This document shows, piece by piece, positions 27,366 through 37,445 of a DNA stretch of 54,471 bases. Position 1 is the stretch's first letter, and every line of letters starts with the position of its first letter. The position numbers and the translations under genes were made by a program. Origin of the DNA: a virus (Duplodnaviria > Caudoviricetes); the IMG/VR virus record IMGVR_UViG_3300035688_000006, positions 1-54,471 of that record. One strand, 5' to 3'. The notes beneath the pieces were generated by a model, which was not told the origin of the DNA, ran no database searches, and saw only the letters and a list, made by a program, of their open reading frames with translations.

Positions 27366-30300
27366 TTAAACTCCGAACGCTTCCATCATTTGACGTTTAT
27401 TAATATTCGCCTTCAACATGGCGATAAGCTCCGGACCGATCTTTTCCCGGACGATTTTTCTCACGGAATTTCCATCTATGGCGTCGATATAAAAGGACGG
27501 ATTGAAGTTCAGCGTAACGCTCTTCCCGCCTTCACTCCTGACGGCGTTTATAATATTCGCAGCCGGCGCCGTGATCTCCGGCTCGCTCGGCGTTCCGTGG
27601 GTCATGATCAACTCGGTTTGCGTGGAAACATGGCCGGCCTGGGCTCCGCCGATTCCTTCAATGGCCGTAATAATACCTGATACCCCATCATTTATTTGAC
27701 TCAATTTCTCCCATATAGTCGTATTCAAAATGTTTGCAAGATTGTCTATCTTGACGCAGACGTCGGTCATGATCCCGCCTAGTTGCGACTGGATCCCCCA
27801 GATAATATCGTTCATCTGGTTATCTCTAATGTCGATCTGCAGAACATTCAAAAGCCCCTCGGTTGATATCTGGATTTTTTTGATATTAGCTTCCGCGGAA
27901 CTGGCCATCCCGCCGCCTCCGAAGAGGGCCTTAACGGCCGAGAACCCCGCAAATATGGCTATCGCTATAGCCCCGACAATTATAAGAGCCGGAGCAGCCG
28001 CAGCGAGAGTGGTGGCCGCAGTAGCGATCGCCGTGGCCAGAACGGTGATGGCCGAGGCGATCCCGGTCGCGATGGCGGTTATTCCCGTCCCAACGGCTGT
28101 CGCAATCGCCGTGATAGCTGTCCCAATTCCCGTCCCTATATTCGCGATTAGACCGCCGATCCCACTCAAAGAGGTACTTACTCCCCCCAAAGCGGTTTCC
28201 GATGTCTTGCCAGCGTCTATAATATTCTTCCCCATGTCGGTTGCACTTTTCCCGACGTCCGAAAAGAGATCCGTGAGAAGTTTCTTGAACTCTTTCACAA
28301 GGGCTGAGCCGATCATCTGGCTTATAACTTGGAAAAAAGTCTCCCTCGCAGTTTTCCATGCCCTGTTCCAAAGCGTTACGATCGACATCGGCTTGCCTTC
28401 TACTATGCTGTCTACAAACTGTCCCATCAGGTCTCCCCATTTCGAGCCGACCTGATTGAAAAAACCGTCCCACTCCGTGCTCATCGTCTCAGTCGCAGTG
28501 GTCGTTTCGGTTGTCACCCCTCTAATATCCCCCTGAACTTTCTGCATCCCCTTTGCGTAGTCTTGGGCACTAATATCGCCCTTGTCAAAAGCTGTTTTCA
28601 GGTCTGCCTGTTCTCGTATGAGCTCCCTAGTCCTATCTATCGTTTGGCGAATTGTAAGGATGCCTAATTTCTCTAAAGTCTGCTGATATTTATAGGCAAA
28701 CGTATTAACATCGGCAAAAGCTGGGGCGGCCAATTTTATAACGCCGTTCAGATCCCGGGCCGGAGGAAGGAGTCCGGTTACCTGTTGCTTTGTCCCCTTG
28801 AGATCCTCATTGACCTGTCGGACGCCGATGTCATACTCCTTCTGCGTGATCTTGTGGTCTCTCAAGAGATCGTCCAGTCTCTTGAGATGGCCCTTTGCCT
28901 CGGACCAAGCCTTGGCCTGATTGTCTATCGTCACAATTCCTGTCGATGCAATCCAAGTCGCCCAATCCTCCTCCGCCTTGGCCGCGGCCTCGGTCTCTGC
29001 CTCCATCTCCCCCATCGTTTTTTTGTGGACTTCACCGACTGTTTTTACTGCGGTGAGATTCTTATCCCATCCCACGACCATAGCGTCCAACGTCGCGGAT
29101 CCAGTCGTGCCGTGTTCTTTATACTGAGCGATGAGAATGGCCTGGGCGTCGCTGATGTTCGTGATGCTTTTTCCCACCAAGTCGGAGGCTACGGCAAGGG
29201 CCTCAGCTCTGACCTTTGCAGCCTCGAAATGTCCCGGCAGCAATTCGATGGGACTGCCTTCGCCTCTTTTCTTATAGAGTTTGTCGAAGAGCCTGCCGAT
29301 CGCCTCGTCCACACCGGGGATTTCCCGAAGAAGTGTACCTATGCCCCAACCAATAAAAGCAGCCACACCAACAGCTGGGATCTTCTTGAGAATACCAGAG
29401 ATGCCCGCCTCGCCCAGGCTTGCGCCTAGTCCCGTGAATTGGCTGATGAGTTTTGAGCCGATATCTAGGCCCTTCATCGCTTGAAAACCGGCCACAATCT
29501 TCGGCAGTATCAAAAGCATCGGCCCCATGACCGACATGATAACTCCGAGGGCGCCTGCCGTCTTAACGATGGCATCTGTCAATCCCGGATGCGCCGCCAT
29601 CCATGCTGTTATTTTTCCGACCACGGCAGTAATTTTGTCAACCATGGATGTAAGAGCTGGCATCATCGACCCAACGAGATGTTCAGTCGACGCCTTGAGG
29701 GCTAACTTAAGCGTCGTGACCCTGTCTCCGAAATTATCCGCGCCCTCGGCCGCCTCTTTGGTCATGACAAGCCCGAGTTTTTTCGCCTCCTCCATCTGCT
29801 CCCGGATTGCCTTAGAGCCTGTATTTAACATCGGGATTAAATCCAGACCTGATTTTCCAAATATTTTCATAGCCATCTCAGACTTTTCGGCGCCATCAGG
29901 CATTTCCTTAAATCTATCTGCCACATCCAGCATGACGTCGTTCATGTCTCGCAGAACGCCATGCGAATCTCTCGTCTCAATCCCCAAATATTTGAACATT
30001 TGGGCCGCTTTGCTTCCCTTGTCATCGGCCTCCATCATGTTCATAGAGAGGCGCTTCATGCCCGTAGCAATACCTTCAAGCGATGTTTCGTTTGTCTCTG
30101 CAGCCAGGCGAAGCGCCGAAAGGGTCTCTACAGACACACCTGTTTGCTTTGAGAGTTTTGACAGAGATTCGCCGGTATCTACGACCTTGAATATCATCGC
30201 CCCCAACGAGGCGACGACGGCCCCGCCCACAGCCGTCATCGCCGTACCGATGCCCTTTATGGTAGCGCTGTGTTTTTGGATGGCGCCGGCCAGGCCCGCC

Positions 30301-30401
30301 GCTTCACCCTGTGCTTCCTTGGCCGAGGCAGAGAACCCCGACTTGTCCAGCATGAGTTTGCTGACAATAGCACCGGCCAGAAAACCGCCGCCAGTACCCA
30401 T
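27366..30401 (-). CDS. Tape measure protein
   Basis: 1011 aa Ala/Gly-rich helical protein; LSKQTGVSVETLS, KIFGKSG motifs; follows tail chaperone. Confidence 0.92.
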   Translation of the reverse strand: MGTGGGFLAGAIVSKLMLDKSGFSASAKEAQGEAAGLAGAIQKHSATIKGIGTAMTAVGGAVVASLGAMIFKVVDTGESLSKLSKQTGVSVETLSALRLAAETNETSLEGIATGMKRLSMNMMEADDKGSKAAQMFKYLGIETRDSHGVLRDMNDVMLDVADRFKEMPDGAEKSEMAMKIFGKSGLDLIPMLNTGSKAIREQMEEAKKLGLVMTKEAAEGADNFGDRVTTLKLALKASTEHLVGSMMPALTSMVDKITAVVGKITAWMAAHPGLTDAIVKTAGALGVIMSVMGPMLLILPKIVAGFQAMKGLDIGSKLISQFTGLGASLGEAGISGILKKIPAVGVAAFIGWGIGTLLREIPGVDEAIGRLFDKLYKKRGEGSPIELLPGHFEAAKVRAEALAVASDLVGKSITNISDAQAILIAQYKEHGTTGSATLDAMVVGWDKNLTAVKTVGEVHKKTMGEMEAETEAAAKAEEDWATWIASTGIVTIDNQAKAWSEAKGHLKRLDDLLRDHKITQKEYDIGVRQVNEDLKGTKQQVTGLLPPARDLNGVIKLAAPAFADVNTFAYKYQQTLEKLGILTIRQTIDRTRELIREQADLKTAFDKGDISAQDYAKGMQKVQGDIRGVTTETTTATETMSTEWDGFFNQVGSKWGDLMGQFVDSIVEGKPMSIVTLWNRAWKTARETFFQVISQMIGSALVKEFKKLLTDLFSDVGKSATDMGKNIIDAGKTSETALGGVSTSLSGIGGLIANIGTGIGTAITAIATAVGTGITAIATGIASAITVLATAIATAATTLAAAAPALIIVGAIAIAIFAGFSAVKALFGGGGMASSAEANIKKIQISTEGLLNVLQIDIRDNQMNDIIWGIQSQLGGIMTDVCVKIDNLANILNTTIWEKLSQINDGVSGIITAIEGIGGAQAGHVSTQTELIMTHGTPSEPEITAPAANIINAVRSEGGKSVTLNFNPSFYIDAIDGNSVRKIVREKIGPELIAMLKANINKRQMMEAFGV

Positions 30402-30957
30402 TACGCTTCCTCCTCCTCAATCGTCCTTATCTGCCACTTGATCGAATCGAAGAGGTCCGAGACGTCATCCGCCGAGCCATTCACGGCAATCCGCACGTTT
30501 CCAACAAAGTCCCGCTGTTCTGCAAGCAATTTCACTCTGGCCTTCTTTAGCCAAAAGTAGAAATCCCGGATGTCGAGCGCGAGCAGCCTGTCGAATGAAA
30601 AGAGACCAGGGAACGCCTCCGCTATTAAAGCGCAGGAGTTTCCCCAGTCTCTGATCTGTTTTTTGCCGCTTCCGGTTCACCCTTCCCGCGGATCCGGTCG
30701 CTTATATGTTCAACCAGATCTCTAAGGTCCATGATGTCCATGGCGTCGACGAGTTCCTTTGGGACGTTCGTCATCATCACAACTTGGTCATACAGTGCCC
30801 CAAAGTTTCCGGCCCTGATTTCGGCCTCGAGACCTTGCGCCGATTCCCACGTGGCCCTGTTCAGGCGGACGACGCTGTATGTCTCGCCGTCGACTTTGAA
30901 GGTGATGGGCCGTTGAAGCGTACCCTTCGTCGCGATATCCATTATCTTCCCGCTCAA
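30401..30957 (-). CDS. Tail assembly chaperone gpGT-like via -1 frameshift at 30664-30658
   Basis: -1 frame open (KQIRDWG...FPGLFSFDRLLALD...EEEEA) to a TAA overlapping the TMP ATG. Confidence 0.75.
30625..30957 (-). CDS. Tail assembly chaperone (gpG-like)
   Basis: Between tail tube and TMP; EAAKN encoded by slippery A AAA AAC. Confidence 0.75.
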   Translation of the reverse strand: MSGKIMDIATKGTLQRPITFKVDGETYSVVRLNRATWESAQGLEAEIRAGNFGALYDQVVMMTNVPKELVDAMDIMDLRDLVEHISDRIRGKGEPEAAKNRSETGETPAL

Positions 30958-31475
30958 GGATTGACCCCGATCGTCCCGAACTCACCCTCGTTCCCGCTGT
31001 CAAGGCTGGGGAATACCAGGAACTTGACGCCGAACGTCCTCTGGCCGCTCCGGTCGTAGCCGATCGCGAACTCCCTGTACGGATGGGCGTGGTAGATGTG
31101 GAGCCACTCGGACTTCACGGTACTCACCTTCCCGTCCTTGAACAGTTTGATGACGATGGCCTTCGCGTTGACGTACATGTCCGTCCCGCACTTGTTTTTC
31201 AGCAGCAAGGCGGATCCGCTCAGGCTCGACCCGGGCATCACCGTTTCGAGCTGGTTAAGCGTGCTACGTGTCATCGGAACGACGAGCTCCATGACCGACC
31301 CGGAGAAAACCGCGTCGACGTACGCATCCCCGTAGGCCTCTTCGTAGACCTTCGAGATCGAGTCCTTCATCGAAAGCTCGACCTTCCCCAGGAAGGGGGC
31401 TAGATTGACTTCCGTCCCTCCGTAGTCCCATGTAACTTGGCAAGGACCAATGTCCCCTATCGGGAGCTTTGGCAT
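30954..31475 (-). CDS. Major tail tube protein
   Basis: IGPCQVTW, WLHIYHAHP, GQRTFGVKF; position after terminator and before chaperone. Confidence 0.75.
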   Translation of the reverse strand: MPKLPIGDIGPCQVTWDYGGTEVNLAPFLGKVELSMKDSISKVYEEAYGDAYVDAVFSGSVMELVVPMTRSTLNQLETVMPGSSLSGSALLLKNKCGTDMYVNAKAIVIKLFKDGKVSTVKSEWLHIYHAHPYREFAIGYDRSGQRTFGVKFLVFPSLDSGNEGEFGTIGVNP

Positions 31476-31527
31476 TTTATGCCTCCTATTAAAATAAATT
31501 AAGGAATGGCTATGCCACTCCTGTCCA

Positions 31528-31557
31528 TTGACATTTGAAGGTTAGGTAATGTAAAAT
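31528..31557 (+). promoter_or_regulatory. Promoter of the antisense-oriented HNH gene
   Basis: TTGACA-N18-TAAAAT, 6 nt before ATG 31564. Confidence 0.6.
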
Positions 31558-31563
31558 AAATTC

Positions 31564-32115
31564 ATGAGAAAAACTTATAAAAGGACAAAAGCAATAAAGG
31601 AAAAATTGCGTTAGGCCGCCCTCCGTGCCTATGAGAAAATGAGGATCGAGGGTCGCCCATACCCTATGACAGGAAGACATCATTCCCGGGCAGCAAGAAA
31701 GAAAATGTCTGAGGCGATACAGCATTATTTGGCTGCTCGTCGCAAAGCGGGACTTCCCCATTTTCTGGCCGGGAGAAAACGGCCTGAAGATCAAATCGAG
31801 AAACAACGCCAGACGATGAAAGGCCGTTATAAAGGCTCCGCAAACCCGGCCTGGAAAGGCGGACGGAAAATCAATCTCGGCTATTTTTATGTTCTTTGTC
31901 CTGGTCATCCAGAGGCTAATTCCCTCGGCTACGTCCGAGAGCACCGCCTTGTGATGGAGAAGAAACTTGGGCGTCTTCTCCGGCCCGGAGAAATTGTCCA
32001 CCATATCAACGGGATTAAGACGGACAACCGGCCCGAAAATCTCAGCCTTTTTCCGAGTAATAAGGCGCACAGCGATTTTCACCAGATTTGTCCCCATTGC
32101 GGTAAGCGCCTTTAG
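31564..32115 (+). CDS. NUMOD3-HNH homing endonuclease; in-frame TAG at 31612-31614, alternative start 31639
   Basis: GRHHSRAARKKMSEA, NPAWKGG, EHRLVMEKKLGR, HHINGIKTDNRPENL. Confidence 0.85.
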
Positions 32116-32123
32116 CTCGCTTT

Positions 32124-32543
32124 TCATAGCCTTGTTATCCTGAAAATAAAATTCATGCTGAATGAAAATACGCCTTTCTCCTCCGGATTCTCCAAGGGAT
32201 AGGGAGGGCTGACGCCATCAATCGTGTTCGCCAGATATTCCTCTCCCGACATGAGGACCGGCAATCGCCAGCCAGCTTGGCCATGCAGAAAATTGAATAT
32301 CTCATACGCCATGGCCCGGGCCGTGAAGTAGCTCTCAGCCTTGACGAGGACTTGGATCTCCTTCTGCTGGTAGTCCGGCCAGTCCCCATCCGTAGCACTC
32401 GGCGTTCTCTCGAGTACCACCGCCAACCGGATCGGCGGCTCCGTCCCGCTGGGCCGCCTGGTAGGCAGATGGCCACTGAATAGATTGACACCCAGCACGA
32501 AAGATGTATGGTCCTCGATGAACTGCGTGATCTCCTCGAGCAT
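32124..32543 (-). CDS. Tail terminator
   Basis: LGVNLFSG, IQVLVKA, AYEIFNFLHG, FSMNF. Confidence 0.7.
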   Translation of the reverse strand: MLEEITQFIEDHTSFVLGVNLFSGHLPTRRPSGTEPPIRLAVVLERTPSATDGDWPDYQQKEIQVLVKAESYFTARAMAYEIFNFLHGQAGWRLPVLMSGEEYLANTIDGVSPPYPLENPEEKGVFSFSMNFIFRITRL

Positions 32544-32956
32544 CAGGATCCTCCCGCCGCCTTCGCTATCTCGTCCGCGACGTATTTCATGTACTTCTCC
32601 TTATTCCTGGCCAGCTTCGTGCTTAGGAACTTTGGTCCCGACCCTGCTAATGTCCAATTCACTTGTTTTTCGCCGTATTGTTCGCTGGGTACCCACTCAT
32701 GAACTCGGGCAGCATAATCGGCATTGAATCCGGCCTCGACGCTTATATCGTCCGACGTGATATCAGGCGTTTCGATATGCTGAGTGCGTCTGAGATTTCC
32801 GGTTTTTTTCGGGACCGTAGGTTCTTCGCGCAGCGCATCCCTTATCACGAGCGCCCCCGCCCTGAAAAGAGCGTCGGCCGCGACCCTGGGAATGGTATTC
32901 TTCACGATCTCTGCGAACTTCATATCGAAATCCTTTGTATCTACCTCGAAACTCAT
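32543..32956 (-). CDS. HK97 gp10-like tail completion protein
   Basis: VPKKTGNLRR, NADYAARVHE, GPKFL. Confidence 0.8.
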   Translation of the reverse strand: MSFEVDTKDFDMKFAEIVKNTIPRVAADALFRAGALVIRDALREEPTVPKKTGNLRRTQHIETPDITSDDISVEAGFNADYAARVHEWVPSEQYGEKQVNWTLAGSGPKFLSTKLARNKEKYMKYVADEIAKAAGGS

Positions 32957-33258
32957 CTGACCAGCGCCTCCTTGTGATGGATATGAATCTGATTCTGCGG
33001 AGTGCTCAACTCCGCAATGGGATGGTCTTTGCCGTCGAACCGGAGGTAACTCTGATTCGTAGCCACTGAATTAGCTTTCAAAAAGACCTTTGCATAGCAA
33101 AGGATTTCCTGACCGCCCGTCGTCCGCACGAGCCTGTTCATGTACTCGATCCGGCACTTCTCCGGCGTGAGGACAATCACTCCCGTAGGTTCGCCCCATT
33201 TATCGTACTCCGCATCCACAACAACGCAATGATTTATGAGGAGGGAATTATAGCTCAT
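32953..33258 (-). CDS. Head closure (stopper) protein
   Basis: DKWGEP, CRIE...LVR; position. Confidence 0.65.
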   Translation of the reverse strand: MSYNSLLINHCVVVDAEYDKWGEPTGVIVLTPEKCRIEYMNRLVRTTGGQEILCYAKVFLKANSVATNQSYLRFDGKDHPIAELSTPQNQIHIHHKEALVR

Positions 33259-33790
33259 GCGTCACCACGATATAGAAGAACGGATTCTCCCGGATAATCT
33301 CATGCTTCCAGGCCTTGAATAATTTCTCCAGGCCCGCCGCATCATAGACTCGCAGGTGCCCGGGATCCGACACCTTTATCGTAGGGGTCGTGAACACGGC
33401 CTTCATCCTGGCCATCTCCACTACCGCCTTCGCAAACTCGGCGTCTGATTCGACGTGTTCCAGGACTTCGGAGCAAACGACCGAATCGAACCGCCCGGCG
33501 AGATTTGGCAACTCTTTGACTGTGTTAAGATAAATCCATCTCATGGACGGAAAAAGCCCCGCGGCCTTTACGATCGCCGGCTTTGAGAATTCCAAGCCCG
33601 ACCAATCTCCTCCTCGGAAGCCGGCCATGATTTGTGTGGAATGACCGAAGGCACACCCTACATCGCAGAACGACAGGCCGGCGACCAATTCCGCGCACCT
33701 CTTGAGCCTCGCCTGATGCTTGGGCCATTTTAAGTGAGTCCACACTTCTCTAGGCGCCCAATGCTTTTCCAGGTAATCGGTCGCGTTCAT
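33248..33790 (-). CDS. Class I SAM-dependent methyltransferase
   Basis: CDVGCAFG, FDSVVCSEVLEHV, TTP. Confidence 0.9.
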   Translation of the reverse strand: MNATDYLEKHWAPREVWTHLKWPKHQARLKRCAELVAGLSFCDVGCAFGHSTQIMAGFRGGDWSGLEFSKPAIVKAAGLFPSMRWIYLNTVKELPNLAGRFDSVVCSEVLEHVESDAEFAKAVVEMARMKAVFTTPTIKVSDPGHLRVYDAAGLEKLFKAWKHEIIRENPFFYIVVTHEL

Positions 33791-34701
33791 CTTACCCTCT
33801 CGCTTATCCAGAGCTGACGTATTTCCCCGACTACCGGGAAATTCTTCGTCACCTTGAAGCTCTTCTTCGCCAAGGCCTCGGTGAGCCAGCCGTGAGTAGG
33901 CAGAGTTTGCGTTCCCGCCCTTGTCAGCCTTGCGCCTGGCCCAGGATCCAGCCTCAACTCGAGAATCAATAGCCGGCGCGCGACCGTTGCCATCGAATTA
34001 AGCGCCACCTCAAAATGATTCGCCGGAAAATAATGGGGAAGCCCAAGACAATGAACGATGTCAAAACTCTCCATGAACAGCGGCCCGGCAGCCAGCCAAT
34101 CGGCCTGCCGAAATGAAACCCTATTCTCGAGCTTGAGCTGAGCCGCAGCCTTCTTCGCCAAGGCCGCCATGTCTGATCTCAGCTCGATTCCGAGCGCGTT
34201 TTTCGCCCCGGCCAGCACGGATCCCAAGCAGACGAACCCACAATGGCTTCCGATGTCCAGTACGCTTGCCCCGCAATAATCGACCGCCTCTTCGAGGTGA
34301 CGCCACTTTTTATCCCTGCAGGCCGTGAGCCAGGCCAGGTCCTTTTTATCGCCTTTGACGTTGGCCTTGACCAGCGTCTCGAGTACCGTAAATAGGCTGG
34401 GATTGAAATGATGGCACCGAGCGTGGGCCTCGACCTGGACCGTACTCATGCCCCTTATCTTCGCAATATGCAGACGATGGGTCCCGTCCTCGAGCCTCCG
34501 GTGGACGCAACAATAATAAAGCGGCTTGAACTTCCCGCCATCAAAACCCTTGATGAGCTCTGCGATTCGGGCCTTCCAGGATGGCTTGTCCTTTCTCTGA
34601 TTGATATAGCTCCACAGGAACGCCAAGGCCGGGCTATCTACCTCGACCTCGATGATCTGCCCTGGATTGAGGAAGGCTATATCTTTATTTTCAATGCTCA
34701 T
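33787..34701 (-). CDS. ParB-like domain fused to class I SAM methyltransferase
   Basis: LEDGTHRL; VLDIGSHCG; FDIVHCLGLPHY. Confidence 0.8.
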   Translation of the reverse strand: MSIENKDIAFLNPGQIIEVEVDSPALAFLWSYINQRKDKPSWKARIAELIKGFDGGKFKPLYYCCVHRRLEDGTHRLHIAKIRGMSTVQVEAHARCHHFNPSLFTVLETLVKANVKGDKKDLAWLTACRDKKWRHLEEAVDYCGASVLDIGSHCGFVCLGSVLAGAKNALGIELRSDMAALAKKAAAQLKLENRVSFRQADWLAAGPLFMESFDIVHCLGLPHYFPANHFEVALNSMATVARRLLILELRLDPGPGARLTRAGTQTLPTHGWLTEALAKKSFKVTKNFPVVGEIRQLWISERVR

Positions 34702-35357
34702 TGTCCCACTCTCGCCGCCCGACTTTGTTTCCAGACCTTCGCATAGAACGCCTCTCTCTCGTCCCGGGCACCTGGATTGTAATAGAGGCACCCAGGGCCG
34801 CTTGCGTCGGCCAAACTCACATAGTTTTTAGTCGGTACTATAATCTTTTTAACTTCCGGCCAAATACCGCATTGACAGAACAGGTCCTCGATGGCCGTAC
34901 CGCACCCCTTCAAGTCGTACGCCAACAAGCTCCTGTCGCACATCGTACAAACGCCGACGAAGTCTACCTGAACCGGCCTGTCAATTTGCCTTGCCGAATA
35001 GCACACGGTGTTTTTATAATATGCCGCTCCGTTGAACGTCCTGCCGTGGACTCCATAAAATGCCGTTCCGTATATTTTCCACGTTGCCAGGAAATCATCG
35101 ACCAGCCCGGCCTTCGGCATCACGTCGTCATCGGCCTTGAACACGAGCTCTCCGTTCGTCATCAGAGCCATAGCGTGACGTGCCTTGCTTCCGGGATCCG
35201 GGGAGAACCGGACATGCCTGACCCCATCCGGTGCCTTGAACGACGTTCCAGAACAATCGGCCAGCCACACTTCGTTTGCCTGGGCCAGCCAGCTCTTGAG
35301 GATCGGCCCGAGTGTCTCAAGCCTCCGGTAGCTCACTACAACCACACTAACGTCCAT
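34698..35357 (-). CDS. GT-A fold glycosyltransferase
   Basis: VSVVVVSYRR, KADDD (DxD), IEDL. Confidence 0.8.
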   Translation of the reverse strand: MDVSVVVVSYRRLETLGPILKSWLAQANEVWLADCSGTSFKAPDGVRHVRFSPDPGSKARHAMALMTNGELVFKADDDVMPKAGLVDDFLATWKIYGTAFYGVHGRTFNGAAYYKNTVCYSARQIDRPVQVDFVGVCTMCDRSLLAYDLKGCGTAIEDLFCQCGIWPEVKKIIVPTKNYVSLADASGPGCLYYNPGARDEREAFYAKVWKQSRAARVGQ

Positions 35358-35937
35358 CCGCTGCTCCCTGGATTAGATGATTTTCAGGACGTCCCCTACC
35401 TGCGACTGACTGCATCTTTGCCACCACGAGATCCAGCCACATGTGGTCTTTCGTCTTGCTATAACAACGGGCGATGAAACTGAAATCGCCTCCGAATCTC
35501 TGCCGCCCAAATTCGTGGATATATTTCCTCCAGATGTCCGTCCTGATAGCAAAGCAAAACGAAGCTATTTCCGTATAGAGAGGAGTCCTGCCCCAGCGTT
35601 CCGGACGCGGCAACGTCCCGAACCCAGCCGTTATTCCCTTAAAAAAGACGATCTCCGGAGTCCGACCCTCTATCTTCTTTTTGAATATCTCCACAAACCG
35701 CGGCTCGATTAGCTGGTCGTCGTCGTCCAGGACCATGACGTACTGCGCGTCGATGGATTTGATTTTCATAAAAGACTGATTCGCCAATAGCCCTCCATAT
35801 CCCGTCGGCGTCTTGTCGTCCCTGTGAATGATGTGGATGTAGTCCTCGTCCGTCTGGCTCTTGACCGACTCGATGCAGACCGCCAGCATCTTCGGCCGCT
35901 GCGGATGAACGCGGGTCACGAAGGCAATCGTTTTCAT
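35347..35937 (-). CDS. GT2-like glycosyltransferase
   Basis: CIESVKSQT, YVMVLDDDD, GGDFSFI. Confidence 0.85.
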   Translation of the reverse strand: MKTIAFVTRVHPQRPKMLAVCIESVKSQTDEDYIHIIHRDDKTPTGYGGLLANQSFMKIKSIDAQYVMVLDDDDQLIEPRFVEIFKKKIEGRTPEIVFFKGITAGFGTLPRPERWGRTPLYTEIASFCFAIRTDIWRKYIHEFGRQRFGGDFSFIARCYSKTKDHMWLDLVVAKMQSVAGRGRPENHLIQGAADGR

Positions 35938-37445
35938 CGGTACTCCCACTGCTGTTCGATTTCCGGAAGGCCGCGCGCCGTCCGTATCGACCGCGTTCCT
36001 CGGGGAATGTGATGGATGTATTCTCTCAGCTCTCCCTTCCACGTGAACCCCTGGCCTGCCGAATGACCGAGGCCCACGAACTCTTTTAAAACCTTATTGG
36101 ACAGCCCCTTCTTGTAGATATCGAGCATCGTCAGAAAACACGGGGCCCCATGATGCACGTAGCGGTGATACTTTTTATAATTGCCGATGTCTATCAGTTG
36201 GAAATAAGGATGAAGATAAGGCATCCAGCCTTCGCTAACATGATGGGAGTGAGCTCCATAATTGTAGCCATCGAACCCTGTCTTTTCGATATACCCGACG
36301 CCGAACGTGTCCGGCTCCATCATGGCCAGCATGGCCTCCACCGGGGATTTCAGCATTTCGATATCCGAATCGAATACCAAGGCGTACCTCGTCCTGACTT
36401 TATCAAGCCCCATGCACAAGCCCCGGCCGTGCCCTATGTTATATCCCAGCGAAATGACGGTCGTCTTGTAAGAGGCGAGGCTCTTTACATAGGCGGCGCA
36501 TGGGTCGCCAGCGTCCGACCCGTCGATGATGATGATCGGCATGTCCGGATGGAACTTGCGAATCGAGTTATAGGCCCTCTCGATCAGCGCTTGCGAATTC
36601 CAGCACACTGAAACCCCTGTTATGGGAAGGACGTTGGGAAAATAGGATTTATAATTGTCCTCCGTCAGCTTCCCGTTCAGTATGTCCATGTAGACCCGGA
36701 AGTCTTTAGGCACCCACCGCTTGAGGATAGCCCTGTCTGAGCTGTCCACGGTTTTATAAAGCGTAGTCTTGTGACCCGCTCCGATCCCCGCGCGTCCGGG
36801 CAGCCCCTTCATCCCTAGATACAATGGCTTCTCCGTGTCGACGAAGAGATATCCAAGGCTCCCGGCTTTTTGCCATAACCGGGTGTCCAGGAATGGATTG
36901 CTACTCGCCTCGAGCAGCTCTTTAACTGTCGGGATGAACGAACTCTTGAACCCCGTTTCCGCAAGCGAAGCATGGGCCGTGTTCCCGATCTGCATGTAGC
37001 CGCCGGATACGATGTGATAATACTTGGCCCTCATGATTCCGACGACCCTATGCGCCTCCAACTGCCGGGACATTTCTTTGATGTAATCCGGGGCGTAATA
37101 CTCATCGTCCTCGATGATCACAACATTATCGCCCTGGATTAAGGGGAGCACAGCCCTCAGATTCAGGGCGAGCGTATGCTTCGGATCCTCCGGCTGCGGT
37201 TCTCTCCGTACATATTGCATGCCCCATGAAGGGATCATCGGCACCTTCCCGTCGTCCACTACGAGCCATTGGTCGGGAGGCCTTGTTTGGTTTCTCATCC
37301 ACTGCTGACAGAGAGCAAAGGCTAACGGCCTGTCCCCGGTCGGCGTGATAGCCGTGACCTTGGACCTGACCTTGGGCTTGGGCTTTTGGGGAGGCTTGGA
37401 TAAACCGTACTTTTTTACATTGTCCCGAAACCGACTGAGGGCCAT
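35934..37445 (-). CDS. Double GT-A domain glycosyltransferase
   Basis: Domain 1 ITPTGDRP, VVDDG, IEDDEYY; domain 2 IIDGS, IGHGRG, VFDSD. Confidence 0.85.
   Translation of the reverse strand: MALSRFRDNVKKYGLSKPPQKPKPKVRSKVTAITPTGDRPLAFALCQQWMRNQTRPPDQWLVVDDGKVPMIPSWGMQYVRREPQPEDPKHTLALNLRAVLPLIQGDNVVIIEDDEYYAPDYIKEMSRQLEAHRVVGIMRAKYYHIVSGGYMQIGNTAHASLAETGFKSSFIPTVKELLEASSNPFLDTRLWQKAGSLGYLFVDTEKPLYLGMKGLPGRAGIGAGHKTTLYKTVDSSDRAILKRWVPKDFRVYMDILNGKLTEDNYKSYFPNVLPITGVSVCWNSQALIERAYNSIRKFHPDMPIIIIDGSDAGDPCAAYVKSLASYKTTVISLGYNIGHGRGLCMGLDKVRTRYALVFDSDIEMLKSPVEAMLAMMEPDTFGVGYIEKTGFDGYNYGAHSHHVSEGWMPYLHPYFQLIDIGNYKKYHRYVHHGAPCFLTMLDIYKKGLSNKVLKEFVGLGHSAGQGFTWKGELREYIHHIPRGTRSIRTARGLPEIEQQWEYR

Noticed and set aside
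31510-32127. Minus-strand 205-aa ORF in the tail operon
   Set aside because: Antisense shadow of the HNH gene
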